Made by a program: the position numbers and the translations under genes
Part shown: piece after piece, positions 1 to 8,773 of the stretch
How positions within the stretch are numbered: the stretch's first letter is position 1
How the letters are laid out: each line of letters starts with the position of its first letter
Notes under the pieces: model-generated
Told to the model about the DNA's origin: nothing
The model's database searches: none
The model's input: the letters and a program-made list of their open reading frames with translations, nothing else
NCBI GenBank assembly: GCA_045653865.1
Contig: JAZOMJ010000065.1
Coordinates: 1 to 36,480, forward strand
DNA from: Eubacteriales bacterium
GTDB lineage: Bacteria > Bacillota > Clostridia > Oscillospirales > CAG-272
Length of the DNA: 36,480 nucleotides
Direction of reading: 5' to 3'

Positions 1-256
1 ACTTACGAGCGTAACGATTCCCGACTCCGTCACCACCATCGGCGTTTGGGCGTTCGAATATTGCTCCAACCTTACAAGTGTCACGATTGGCGACTTCGTC
101 ACCACCATCGACTATGAGGCGTTCGCATATTGCTCCAACCTCACCGATGTTTATTACACCGGTAGCGAGGCGGATTGGGCAAAGATAACGATTAGTTCCA
201 GCAATTCTTATTTAACAGATGCCACCATTCATTACAATTACACCCCCGAAGAATAA
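1..256 (+). CDS. 3' end of a BspA/TpLRR (LRR_5) leucine-rich-repeat protein, 5'-truncated by the window
   Basis: Frame starting at nt 2 reads LTSVTIPDSVTTIGVWAFEYCSN LTSVTIGDFVTTIDYEAFAYCSN LTDVYYTGSEADWAKITISSSNSYLTDATIHYNYTPEE*, stop TAA 254-256. Two 23-aa LxxIxIPxxVxxIGxxAFxxCxx repeats plus a typical C-terminal cap. Not in the ORF track because it is truncated. Confidence 0.9.
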   Translation, partial: LTSVTIPDSVTTIGVWAFEYCSNLTSVTIGDFVTTIDYEAFAYCSNLTDVYYTGSEADWAKITISSSNSYLTDATIHYNYTPEE

Positions 257-263
257 ATACATC

Positions 264-292
264 AAGCGAGCCGCATTTGCGGCTCGCTTTTT
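264..292 (+). terminator. Intrinsic terminator after the LRR gene
   Basis: AAGCGAGCCGC-ATTT-GCGGCTCGCTT running into a T run. Confidence 0.85.
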
Positions 293-312
293 CTATCATT
301 ATTACGCGATAT

Positions 313-593
313 CTCTGTATGTCATCCTGAGCTTGTCGAACTTTCACCGAGTGAAGAACGAGGTGAAAGCAAGGCGCCAAAGCGCCGCAGGGATCTCGTT
401 TAAAATCTCGGTGGCTTTTTGAGTCAATGTAACATTCACAACAAAAGCCATCCAAACTCGTTGCCATATCCCTTCGTCGCATTCGCGCCTCGGTTTTTGT
501 TCGGATCGTCGCCTGCGGCTCACTCCCTCGCAAAAACTTCGACTTCGGTCGGCGGTCGCACACGCCGCCCTGCGCTCAGAATGACATATAGAG
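313..593. repeat. Inverted-dimer palindromic intergenic element (REP/MITE-like, TGTCATYCTGAGC ends)
   Basis: 313-332 CTCTGTATGTCATCCTGAGC versus the reverse complement of 574-593 CTCTATATGTCATTCTGAGC (18/20). The halves also share GTCGAA(C/G)TTT and AGGCGC..GCG.CG.AGGGAT blocks. Confidence 0.7.
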
Positions 594-678
594 GGTATGT
601 TTGGTTATAAGCTTTTGTTTTGCACACTCTTATTCTCAACAAAACCCCTCAAAATTCGAAAAAAATTTTCTCTCCCTC

Positions 679-707
679 TTGCAAAGGGGATTTTTTTATG
701 TTATACT
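679..707 (+). promoter_or_regulatory. sigmaA-type promoter for the SAM riboswitch/metK
   Basis: TTGCAA (679-684), 17 nt spacer, TG-n-TATACT (702-707). Confidence 0.7.
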
Positions 708-724
708 ATACGTAATAAAATATA

Positions 725-842
725 TCTTATCAAGAGTAACGTAGTGACAGGCACGATGATGTTACAGCAACCTGCTTTTCCAAGTAAGGTGCTAAATCCT
801 GTTAGATGAGAGCCAAATGCTCCGTCTGTGCGGAGTTTTTTT
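725..842 (+). ncRNA. SAM-I (S-box) riboswitch, compact variant without P4, with terminator/antiterminator
   Basis: P1 TCTTATC(725-731)/GATGAGA(805-811); ATCAAGAG, GCAACC and GGTGCTAAATCC motifs; L2 ACAGG pairs with CCTGT (798-802); terminator GCTCCG..CGGAGT plus T run (819-842); directly upstream of metK. Confidence 0.9.
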
Positions 843-896
843 GTTGTCAAAAAGAGATATGTTTTAGAGAATAAACATATTTACGAGGAGTAAAAA

Positions 897-2087
897 ATGA
901 ACGAATTGAACAGAAAATTATTTACAAGTGAATCTGTTACCGAGGGACATCCCGATAAAATCAGTGATAAGATTTCGGATGCTGTCCTTGACGAAATGTT
1001 GCGTCAAGACCCTATGTCTCGTGTTGCTTGCGAGACCTTTTGCACCACGGGTCTTGTATGCGTAATGGGTGAGGTTACCACCCGTGCGGATGTCGATATT
1101 CAACGCATTGTTCGCGAAACCGTTCGCGAAATCGGTTACGACCGTGCAAAATACGGCTTTGACTGCGATAGCTGTGCTGTTATTATTTCTTTGCACGCAC
1201 AATCCCCCGACATTGCAATGGGTGTTGACAAATCCTTTGAAGCAAAGAACGGTGAAGCCGATGAATTCGACATCGGTGCCGGTGACCAAGGCTTGATGTT
1301 CGGTTACGCTTGCAACGAGACCCCCCAGCTGATGCCCCTGCCCATTTCTCTTTCGCACAAGCTGGCGCTCCGCCTGACCGAGGTGCGCAAGAACGGTACA
1401 CTTTCTTATCTGCGTCCCGACGGCAAAACCCAAGTTACCGTTGAATACGACGAGAACGGCAAGCCCGTTCGCGTAGATACCGTTGTTATTTCCTCTCAGC
1501 ACAGTGCCGACGTGAGCACCGAGCAAATACGTGAGGATATCAAGCGCGAGGTCATTCTGCCCATCATTCCCGCAGATATGATGGACGATGAAACCAAGAT
1601 TTACATCAACCCCACCGGTCGCTTTGTTGTAGGCGGTCCCGCAGGTGACACAGGTCTTACCGGCCGTAAGATCATCGTTGACACCTACGGTGGATATGCA
1701 CGCCACGGCGGCGGTGCTTTCTCGGGCAAAGACCCCACAAAGGTTGACCGTTCCGCTTGCTATGCGGCTCGTTACATTGCCAAGAACATTGTAAAAGCAG
1801 GACTTGCCGACAAGTGCGAGGTTCAGGTTGCATACGCCATTGGTGTAGCAAAGCCCGTATCGGTTCTCATCGATACCTTTGGCACCGCTCGCGTAGCAGA
1901 GTCCGCTATTGAAGCCAAGGTAGCAGAGCTTGTTGACCTGCGTCCTGCGGCAATCATCAAGAGATTCGATTTGCGTCGCCCTATCTACTGCCAAGTAGCG
2001 GCTTACGGCCACATGGGCAGAGAAGACCTCGACATTCCGTGGGAAGCTTGCGACCTCGTCGACGAACTCAAAACACTTTTGAAGTAA
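897..2087 (+). CDS. metK: S-adenosylmethionine synthetase
   Basis: [19 protein letters not shown] and GGGAFSGKD signatures; RBS GAGGAG; upstream SAM riboswitch. Confidence 0.98.
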   Translation: MNELNRKLFTSESVTEGHPDKISDKISDAVLDEMLRQDPMSRVACETFCTTGLVCVMGEVTTRADVDIQRIVRETVREIGYDRAKYGFDCDSCAVIISLHAQSPDIAMGVDKSFEAKNGEADEFDIGAGDQGLMFGYACNETPQLMPLPISLSHKLALRLTEVRKNGTLSYLRPDGKTQVTVEYDENGKPVRVDTVVISSQHSADVSTEQIREDIKREVILPIIPADMMDDETKIYINPTGRFVVGGPAGDTGLTGRKIIVDTYGGYARHGGGAFSGKDPTKVDRSACYAARYIAKNIVKAGLADKCEVQVAYAIGVAKPVSVLIDTFGTARVAESAIEAKVAELVDLRPAAIIKRFDLRRPIYCQVAAYGHMGREDLDIPWEACDLVDELKTLLK

Positions 2088-2140
2088 TTTTGAAATTACA
2101 CCCAACAAAAGATTGAAAACTTTATAAGCAATGCGTTTTA

Positions 2141-2262
2141 GCCTCCCTTGTGTAAAGGGAGGTGGCGCGCGGAGCGCGACGGAGGGATTGTTTTTTGCTT
2201 GGTATAAGAACAATCCCTCAGTCAGCCTTGCGGCTGCCAGCTCCCTTTACACAAGGCAGCCT
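2141..2262. repeat. Inverted-dimer palindromic intergenic repeat (CCTTGTGTAAAGGGAG..GAGGGATTG family)
   Basis: Left GCCTCCCTTGTGTAAAGGGAGGTGGC..GACGGAGGGATTGTT (2141-2192) versus reverse complement of right GGCTGCCTTGTGTAAAGGGAGCTGGC..GACTGAGGGATTGTT (2209-2262). Confidence 0.75.
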
Positions 2263-2303
2263 TTTTTGTATGTAGACCAATTGCGTAAGAAAGGAGAGAA
2301 CAA

Positions 2304-4553
2304 ATGGCAGATTTTGATGCGAATTTTATGCAGGGGCCAATGGATGAAATTGGTCTTGTTAAGCTTTCGGGCAGTATCGAGCGCGTAATTTATGCAAACG
2401 ATGAAAACGGATACGCCATTTGCGATCTCGGCACCGATACCGACGAGCTTGTCACCATCACGGGCACGCTCCCCTACATTGGCGAGGGCGACCTCGTTAC
2501 GGTTTGGGGCAAGTGGGTACACAATCCCAAATACGGACGTCAATTTAAAGTAGAGCAAGCCGAAAAGCAACTGCCTGCCGACAAAGCATCCATGCTTCGT
2601 TATCTCGGTTCGGGAACCATTAAGGGCATCGGCCCCAAAATTGCACAGCGCATCATCGATGAATTTGGCGAGGAGGCGTTTGACGTCATTGAAAATCACC
2701 CCGATTGGCTTGCCGAAATTCACGGCATCACCCCCAAGCGTGCAAGGGCGATTTCCGAGGAGTTCAAAAACAAAGCGGGCATTCGTTCGGCAATGCTTTT
2801 CTTCCGCGAATATTTCGGAGCGGTGACCACGGTACGCATCTACAAAAAATGGGGCAGCAGTGCGGTGGACGTTGCCAAAAACAACCCCTATATGCTCTGT
2901 GAGGAGATTGAAGGCATCGGCTTTGAGCGTGCCGACCGTCTGGCTTCCAAATTGGGCATGGCGCCCGATTCTCCCGACCGTCTTGCCAGCGGTGTTAAGC
3001 ATCTGCTCACCACCAATGCGCATCAAAACGGGCACGTTTGCCTGCCGCGAGAGCAGTTGGTTGCAGGGGCGGCAAAGCTGCTCGAAGCTCCCGCCGAAGC
3101 GGTGGATGCGGCAATTTCTGCTCTCATCAGAGCCAAAAAGCTTTGCACCGTCTATTGGGATGGGGTGCACTACGTTTATGATAAACAATCCTTTGAGGAT
3201 GAAAAATACATTGCTCGCAAGCTGACACTGCTTGATAAGGTTTGCGAGGTGATGAACACCGAAAACATTGATGCCTTTATCAAGCGTGAGGAACGCGAGA
3301 GCGGCATGCAATACGCAAAAGAGCAACGTCGTGCTATTTTTGCCGCGCTGGAGAGCGGTGTTATGCTGCTCACAGGTGGTCCCGGAACGGGTAAAACCAC
3401 GGTTGTGCGCGCTCTGTTGCACATTTTTGACAGTATGGGGCTTCAAGTTGCCCTTTGCGCTCCCACGGGACGTGCGGCAAAGCGACTTTCGGAGTCGACC
3501 TCTTGCGAGGCAAAAACCATCCATCGCTTGCTCGAATACGGCGGCGGAGAGACGGGCGGTCACGCACACTTCCAACGAGATGAAAACAATCTGCTTGACG
3601 AGCACGCCATCATTGTGGATGAAGCATCCATGGTCGATAATGCGCTGATGGCATCTCTTTTGCGCGCCATCAAGCCGGGCGCAAGACTTGTCATCATCGG
3701 GGATGCCGACCAGCTCCCCTCGGTGGGAGCGGGCAACGTGCTTTGCGATTTGTTGCAAAGCGAAAAATTTGCCACTGTTCGACTCAACGAAATTTTCCGT
3801 CAGGCGCAACAAAGCCTGATTGTTACCAATGCCCACGCCATCAATCAAGGTCTTATGCCGCGTCTTGATGCAAAGGACAACGATTTCTTCTTTTTGCCGC
3901 GTGCCAACGACCGCGAAATTGCCGAAACCGTGGCACAGCTGTGCAGTATTCGTCTGCCGCGCACCTATGGAGAAATGGGCGTTAAGGGTGTGCAGGTCAT
4001 CGCTCCCTCTCGCAGAGGAGAAACCGGCACCGAGCATCTCAACGTGCTCTTGCAAAGTGTCCTCAACCCTGCAAACGACTATAAGCGTGAGTATAAATTC
4101 CGCGAGATCGTCTTTCGCGAAGGCGACCGCGTGATGCAAACCAAAAACAACTATGATCTTTACTGGGAGCGCGAGGACGGCTCCTGGGGCAATGGCGTTT
4201 TCAACGGTGATATTGGCACCATTCTGCGCATCGATCCCTCGGATGAGAAGATGCAAGTTGAATTTGACGACCGCGTTGCCGATTATGACTTTAATATGCT
4301 GGATGAACTCGAGCCTGCCTATGCCGTAACGGTGCATAAGAGTCAAGGTAGCGAATATCCGATTGTTGTGTTGCCCGTGGGGTCTGCCGCCGAAATGTTG
4401 CTCTCTCGCAACCTCTTTTACACGGCAGTTACCCGTGCGCAAAATATGGTCATTTTGGTGGGACGTGAAGAAAAAGTGCGCACCATGGTGGAAAATAACC
4501 GCCAATCGATGCGCCACACAGGTCTTTGCCGCATTTTGCGTGAGGTGGAGTGA
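2304..4553 (+). CDS. recD2: ATP-dependent RecD2/TraA-family SF1B DNA helicase
   Basis: HhH IKGIGPK, Walker A GGPGTGKT, APTGRAAKR, VDEASM, GDADQLPSVG, TVHKSQGSE, YTAVTRA. Confidence 0.95.
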   Translation: MADFDANFMQGPMDEIGLVKLSGSIERVIYANDENGYAICDLGTDTDELVTITGTLPYIGEGDLVTVWGKWVHNPKYGRQFKVEQAEKQLPADKASMLRYLGSGTIKGIGPKIAQRIIDEFGEEAFDVIENHPDWLAEIHGITPKRARAISEEFKNKAGIRSAMLFFREYFGAVTTVRIYKKWGSSAVDVAKNNPYMLCEEIEGIGFERADRLASKLGMAPDSPDRLASGVKHLLTTNAHQNGHVCLPREQLVAGAAKLLEAPAEAVDAAISALIRAKKLCTVYWDGVHYVYDKQSFEDEKYIARKLTLLDKVCEVMNTENIDAFIKREERESGMQYAKEQRRAIFAALESGVMLLTGGPGTGKTTVVRALLHIFDSMGLQVALCAPTGRAAKRLSESTSCEAKTIHRLLEYGGGETGGHAHFQRDENNLLDEHAIIVDEASMVDNALMASLLRAIKPGARLVIIGDADQLPSVGAGNVLCDLLQSEKFATVRLNEIFRQAQQSLIVTNAHAINQGLMPRLDAKDNDFFFLPRANDREIAETVAQLCSIRLPRTYGEMGVKGVQVIAPSRRGETGTEHLNVLLQSVLNPANDYKREYKFREIVFREGDRVMQTKNNYDLYWEREDGSWGNGVFNGDIGTILRIDPSDEKMQVEFDDRVADYDFNMLDELEPAYAVTVHKSQGSEYPIVVLPVGSAAEMLLSRNLFYTAVTRAQNMVILVGREEKVRTMVENNRQSMRHTGLCRILREVE

Positions 4554-5314
4554 TGTCACGAATGAGCTATTTGCGTGATTTGCTGTTTCCGCCCAAGTGT
4601 GCGGCTTGCTACACTTTGCTCGAATGGAAGTCTCCCACCGACGCTGCCGCTCCATCGCTTTGCTCTACATGCCTTGCCGAGTGGGAAAGCGAAACGCTTG
4701 AAACCTGCGGCATTTGCGCCCAAAAGGTATGCGAATGCACCTGTATGCCCGAGCGCATGAGAAAGGCAAAATGCGTAACGTTTTGCAAATTGGTGTATTA
4801 CGTTCCCACAAAGCGCACGCTTGTGCAAAACCGACTGATTTACCTCATCAAGCGCAAACATCACGATCGCGCCTATGCGTTTTTGGCAGAACGTCTTTCG
4901 GTGCTTATGAAAGACGTGATGCAAAAAGAGGGGCTTGCAAAAGAGGATATCATTGTCACATATCTGCCGCGCACGCGTCGAGCGCATTTGCAAAATGGCA
5001 TCGACCAAGCCGAAGGGCTTGCCTATCGCGTAGCCAAAAACTGCGGACTTTCAGCCAAACAACTTCTTTGCCGCACACATCGCGGTGAGGAACAGAAAAA
5101 GTTGACACCCACCGAGCGTATTCGCAACGCACGCGGCTCCATCGACTTCAAAAAGGGTGCCGATTGCAAAGACCGTGTGGTATTCTTGGTGGATGACATC
5201 GTTACTACCGGCAACGGAATGGCACGCTCTACAAAGCTTTTGCGCCACGCGGGATGCCGCGCGGTGTATGCATTTGCTATAGCATCCGACGTTTACAACA
5301 AAGATTTGCACTAA
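4553..5314 (+). CDS. comF: ComF-family protein (double zinc ribbon plus PRTase domain)
   Basis: LLFPPKCAAC..LCSTC..CGIC Cys clusters; VDDIVTTG PRPP-binding motif; TGATG overlap with the recD2 stop. Confidence 0.85.
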   Translation: MSRMSYLRDLLFPPKCAACYTLLEWKSPTDAAAPSLCSTCLAEWESETLETCGICAQKVCECTCMPERMRKAKCVTFCKLVYYVPTKRTLVQNRLIYLIKRKHHDRAYAFLAERLSVLMKDVMQKEGLAKEDIIVTYLPRTRRAHLQNGIDQAEGLAYRVAKNCGLSAKQLLCRTHRGEEQKKLTPTERIRNARGSIDFKKGADCKDRVVFLVDDIVTTGNGMARSTKLLRHAGCRAVYAFAIASDVYNKDLH

Positions 5315-5352
5315 TATCTTTTATCTATACTTTAGATTTTTTAGAAAAGATA

Positions 5353-5381
5353 TTGATTTTGCTGGAAAAATAATGTATAAT
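5353..5381 (+). promoter_or_regulatory. sigmaA-type promoter for mbl/mreB
   Basis: TTGATT, 17 nt, TATAAT. Confidence 0.7.
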
Positions 5382-5419
5382 AAAATCAAGGAACTGTAAA
5401 AAGAAAGGAGGATACGCTC

Positions 5420-6565
5420 GTGAAAAAGGCAGAACAAGCAAAAAATGCAGTCAATATTCGTCAAAACTCTGCGGCTCGTGCGCAAAAGCGCCCACGTCAG
5501 AGCCTTTTCGAGCGCGCAAAATCCTTTGTTCAAAAGTTCCAACTCAGCCGCAACATTGGCATTGACCTTGGCACCGCAACCGTTCTGGTTTACGTGCAGG
5601 GCAAGGGCATCGTTCTCCAAGAGCCCTCGGTGGTGGCAATTGACACCAACACCGACCGCATTCTCAAGGTGGGCATTGAAGCCCAACAAATGCTTGGCAG
5701 AACCCCCGGCAATATTGTTGCGGTAAGACCTTTGCGTGATGGCGTTATCAGCCAATACGAGGTCACTCTCAAAATGATTCAGTATTTCATTCGTCGCGCT
5801 TGCGGAAATCTCTTTTTCCAACCAAACGTAATGATTTGCATTCCCTCGGGCATCACCGAGGTAGAAAAAAAAGCTGTGCTCGATGCCGCACGTGAGGCAG
5901 GTGCACAAAAGACCTATTTGATTGAAGAACCCGTAGCCGCGGCGATTGGCGCAGGGCTCAACATTTATGCGCCCATTGGCAACCTTGTTGTCGATATTGG
6001 CGGCGGAACCACCGACGTAGCGGTTCTCTCGCTTGGTGGCGTGGTTGTGTCACGATCCACAAAAATTGCAGGCGACAAATTTGATGAAGCCATTATTCGT
6101 TACGTTAGAAGAAAATACAACGTGCTCATTGGTGAACGTACCGCTGAAGCAGTGAAAAAGCAGATTGGTGCCGTATATGACCATCCCGAAGCCGTACACG
6201 TAGAGGTTAAAGGAAGATGCATTCGCCAAGGACTCCCCAAGGTGATCACCATCAGCTCCAAGGAAATGATCGAGGCGCTGGCAGAACCTATCACCGCAAT
6301 TCTCGATGCCATTTGTTGGGTGATTGAAAACACACCGCCCGAATTGCTTGGCGATATTTTGCACAACGGCATTGTGATGACGGGGGGCGGAAGTCTGCTT
6401 TACGGCTTTGACCAGCTGGTTGAGCAAGTAACGGGAATTAAGACCCGTGTTGCCAAGGATGCCGTATCGTGTGTAGCGATTGGCACGGGCAAATCTCTTG
6501 ACAACCTTGACCTCTTGCCGGAGGGCGACATCAGCATCTCAAGAGATAAGAGAAGCCTCGTCTGA
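5420..6565 (+). CDS. mbl: Rod shape-determining actin homolog (Mbl/MreB family) with ~40-aa N-terminal extension
   Basis: IGIDLGTA, EPSVVA, RPLRDGVI, EEPVAAAIGAG, DIGGGTT, TGGGSLL; GTG start after AAAGGAGG. The mbl versus mreB assignment is tentative. Confidence 0.88.
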   Translation: MKKAEQAKNAVNIRQNSAARAQKRPRQSLFERAKSFVQKFQLSRNIGIDLGTATVLVYVQGKGIVLQEPSVVAIDTNTDRILKVGIEAQQMLGRTPGNIVAVRPLRDGVISQYEVTLKMIQYFIRRACGNLFFQPNVMICIPSGITEVEKKAVLDAAREAGAQKTYLIEEPVAAAIGAGLNIYAPIGNLVVDIGGGTTDVAVLSLGGVVVSRSTKIAGDKFDEAIIRYVRRKYNVLIGERTAEAVKKQIGAVYDHPEAVHVEVKGRCIRQGLPKVITISSKEMIEALAEPITAILDAICWVIENTPPELLGDILHNGIVMTGGGSLLYGFDQLVEQVTGIKTRVAKDAVSCVAIGTGKSLDNLDLLPEGDISISRDKRSLV

Positions 6566-6597
6566 CGCGAAAGCATAAAATTTTAGTGACCCTGTAA

Positions 6598-6916
6598 GAA
6601 AGTTTTGATCAAACTTTTTCAAAAGTTTGCGGGGGGGAGGGGCAGCGCCCCCCACTTGCGGCGCTTTTCTTTTTAATAGCTTTTTCTTTTGCGCCTATTT
6701 CGTCAAAAGAAAAAGCGGCAAACAAGTTTTCGCAAACAAACGAATGATTCGTTCACATAAACGCTTTACCCACTTTTTCTTTGCAAAAAGGAGGCGCAAA
6801 GAAAAAGTTAACAAAAACAGACGCCGAGGATTTGTTTCGCGTGTTGCGACACGCGACAAGGGCTACTCGCCCTTGACCTCGAAAACTTTTTGAAAAAAGT
6901 TTTATCAAAAACTTTT
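6598..6916. repeat. Inverted pair of ~120-150 bp related palindromic units (BIME/MITE-like)
   Basis: Left (6598-6718) AAAGTTTTGATCAAACTTTTTCAAAAGTTT..CTTTTTCTTTTGCGCCT..CAAAAGAAAAAGCGG versus reverse complement of right (6769-6916) AAAGTTTTGATAAAACTTTTTTCAAAAAGTTT..CTTTTTCTTTGCGCCT..CAAAGAAAAAGTGG. Confidence 0.75.
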
Positions 6917-6946
6917 CACAAAAAAGCCCTAAACTTTTCAAAATCC

Positions 6947-6971
6947 AAGACGGTGATCACTCACCGTCTTT
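6947..6971 (+). terminator. Hairpin, probable (possibly weak) terminator
   Basis: AAGACGGTGA-TCAC-TCACCGTCTT, with only a short T run. Confidence 0.55.
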
Positions 6972-7001
6972 ATATTACCCATTACCGAAAGGAATTTTAC
7001 T

Positions 7002-8444
7002 ATGTCCTATCTCATTCAAAATCGCAAGCCTGCATCTGTTTTCCGCTTTTTTGAGGAAATCTGTGCCATTCCGCACCCCTCTTATCACGAGGAGAAAATT
7101 GCCGACTATCTCTGCTCCTTTGCCGCAGAGCGTGGCCTCGAGTGCTATCGCGACAGCCTGCACAACGTGCTCATCAAAAAGCCCGCAACCCCCGATAGAG
7201 TAAACGATGCGCCCTTGATGTTCCAAGGTCACACCGATATGGTTTGCGTAAAAACTGCCGACTGTACCATCGATTTTATGAAAGACGGTCTCTCTCTTTA
7301 TATCGATGGCGACTTTTTGCGTGCCAAGGGCACCACGCTCGGTGCCGATGATGGCATTGCCGTAGCCGTTATGCTCGCACTCCTCGACGGTGAGCTTTCC
7401 TCTCACCCTGCTCTCGAATGCCTCTTTACCGCATCCGAGGAAGTCGGTCTCGATGGAGCCGAGGGCTTTGATTATTCTAAAATTTCCGCTCGCAAAATAA
7501 TCAATATGGATAGCGAGGATCTTGGTGTTATCACTGCAGGATGTGCCGGCGGTCTGCGCTCTACGCTCACCAAAACCTGCACGCAGGTTCCCTTTGCAGG
7601 CGAGTGCTTGACGGTGACCGTTGACGGTCTGTTTGGCGGACACTCGGGCGTGGATATTGCCTCCGGCCGTGCCAACGCCAACAAACTGATGGGACGTCTG
7701 CTCTCCAAGTGGCAAAAGGCAGAGGGCGTGGTGCATCTTGTTTCTCTCAATGGCGGTTCTAAGGACAATGCCATTGCCGCTATTTGTGAGGCGGTTATTG
7801 CTACCTCTAACGTCGAAGCAACCACCGCACTCTTGAACAACACCGCCGCCGAAATTGCCGCTGAATTGGCAAAAGACGATAAAAACTTTTCCCTCACCGT
7901 CTCTCCCACAAAAGCGCCCGAGACGATGTTCTCGGCAACCGATAGCGCACAACTGATTGCCATTTTGGCGGTTGTGGACAACGGCATTAAAGAAATGAAC
8001 TACAACATCAAAACGCTCCCCGAGTGGTCGCGCAATCTTGGTGTTATCACCACCGAGGGCAACGAGGTTGAACTCACATTCTCCTCTCGCTCGGCAATTG
8101 AGAGCCGTCTTGATGCTTCCATCGACGAGCTTGACACCTTGGCACTTATTACGGGTTGCACCGCCAAGCATTACAGCCGCTATCCCGGTTGGGATTATGC
8201 CCCCACCTCGCCCCTGCGCGACCTCTACGCGCGCGCCTACCGCGAGGTGACCGGCAAGGATGCCATCGTTGACGTTATCCACGCAGGTCTTGAGTGCGGC
8301 ATCATCGTCTCCAAGCTGCCCGATCTCGACGTTATCTCCGTTGGCCCCGATATGCGTGACGTCCACTCGCCCGACGAACGCCTCAACCTTTCTTCGGTAG
8401 AGACTTTCTGGAAAACAATTGAAAAGTTAATAGAACTTGTGTAA
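7002..8444 (+). CDS. pepD: Aminoacyl-histidine dipeptidase (peptidase M20C)
   Basis: IPHPSYHEE, QGHTDMV, GTTLGADDGIAVA, SEEVGL, GGHSG, HAGLECG, VHSPDE. Confidence 0.93.
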   Translation: MSYLIQNRKPASVFRFFEEICAIPHPSYHEEKIADYLCSFAAERGLECYRDSLHNVLIKKPATPDRVNDAPLMFQGHTDMVCVKTADCTIDFMKDGLSLYIDGDFLRAKGTTLGADDGIAVAVMLALLDGELSSHPALECLFTASEEVGLDGAEGFDYSKISARKIINMDSEDLGVITAGCAGGLRSTLTKTCTQVPFAGECLTVTVDGLFGGHSGVDIASGRANANKLMGRLLSKWQKAEGVVHLVSLNGGSKDNAIAAICEAVIATSNVEATTALLNNTAAEIAAELAKDDKNFSLTVSPTKAPETMFSATDSAQLIAILAVVDNGIKEMNYNIKTLPEWSRNLGVITTEGNEVELTFSSRSAIESRLDASIDELDTLALITGCTAKHYSRYPGWDYAPTSPLRDLYARAYREVTGKDAIVDVIHAGLECGIIVSKLPDLDVISVGPDMRDVHSPDERLNLSSVETFWKTIEKLIELV

Positions 8445-8448
8445 GGAT

Positions 8449-8493
8449 TGTGGGGAAAACTTTTTGAAAAAAGTTTTCCCCACACCCCTTTCA
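8449..8493 (+). repeat. Stop-proximal hairpin repeat, copy 1 (after pepD)
   Basis: TGTGGGGAAAACTTTTT-GA-AAAAAGTTTTCCCCACA followed by CCCCTTTCA; starts 4 nt after TAA. Confidence 0.85.
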
Positions 8494-8540
8494 AAAACTT
8501 CCTAACAAAAATATCAAAAAGGAACTTCAAAGAAACGGAT

Positions 8541-8659
8541 AGACAGTCGACGCGAGGTGAAACCTCGCTCTTGCTATCGCGAGCGGCTAGGCACCTCCAA
8601 GACCCTATCCGCTAAGAGGGTTGAGCAAAAACAAAACGAGCGACCATCGGTCGCCTGTT
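8541..8659 (+). repeat. Structured element, copy A (candidate ncRNA or small non-autonomous element)
   Basis: Core 8541-8624 matches the reverse complement of 14610-14692 with conserved stems and variable loops. Confidence 0.75.
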
Positions 8660-8714
8660 TTTCTATTTTCTTAATTCCGGACACAAAAAACTTTATAAAA
8701 AATAAAAACAAGCG

Positions 8715-8743
8715 TTGTTTTTTGACAAATTTTGTGATACAAT
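8715..8743 (+). promoter_or_regulatory. Extended -10 sigmaA-type promoter for the HAD-tldD operon
   Basis: TTGTTT, 17 nt, TG-a-TACAAT. Confidence 0.55.
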
Positions 8744-8773
8744 GATAAAGAAGAGAATTTTTGGAGGGATAAC

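Noticed and set aside
1-256. LRR gene as a diversity-generating retroelement target
   Set aside because: No reverse transcriptase or template repeat in the window, and the differences between repeats are not adenine-specific.
192-809. Short ORFs between the LRR gene and metK
   Set aside because: They overlap the terminator, palindromic repeat, promoter and riboswitch, with no RBS or recognisable protein features.
918-4655. Long antisense ORFs (918-2213, 2247-4655) and similar ones at 6975-8366, 17662-19305, 19430-21133, 23011-24606, 25009-26325, 28810-30603 and 34187-35860
   Set aside because: They mirror well-conserved genes codon for codon and lack motifs and RBSs. They are expected when the sense strand avoids TTA/CTA/TCA codons.
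6627-6941. ORFs of 88 aa and 62 aa between mbl and pepD
   Set aside because: Translations of the palindromic repeat (F/K-rich low complexity).
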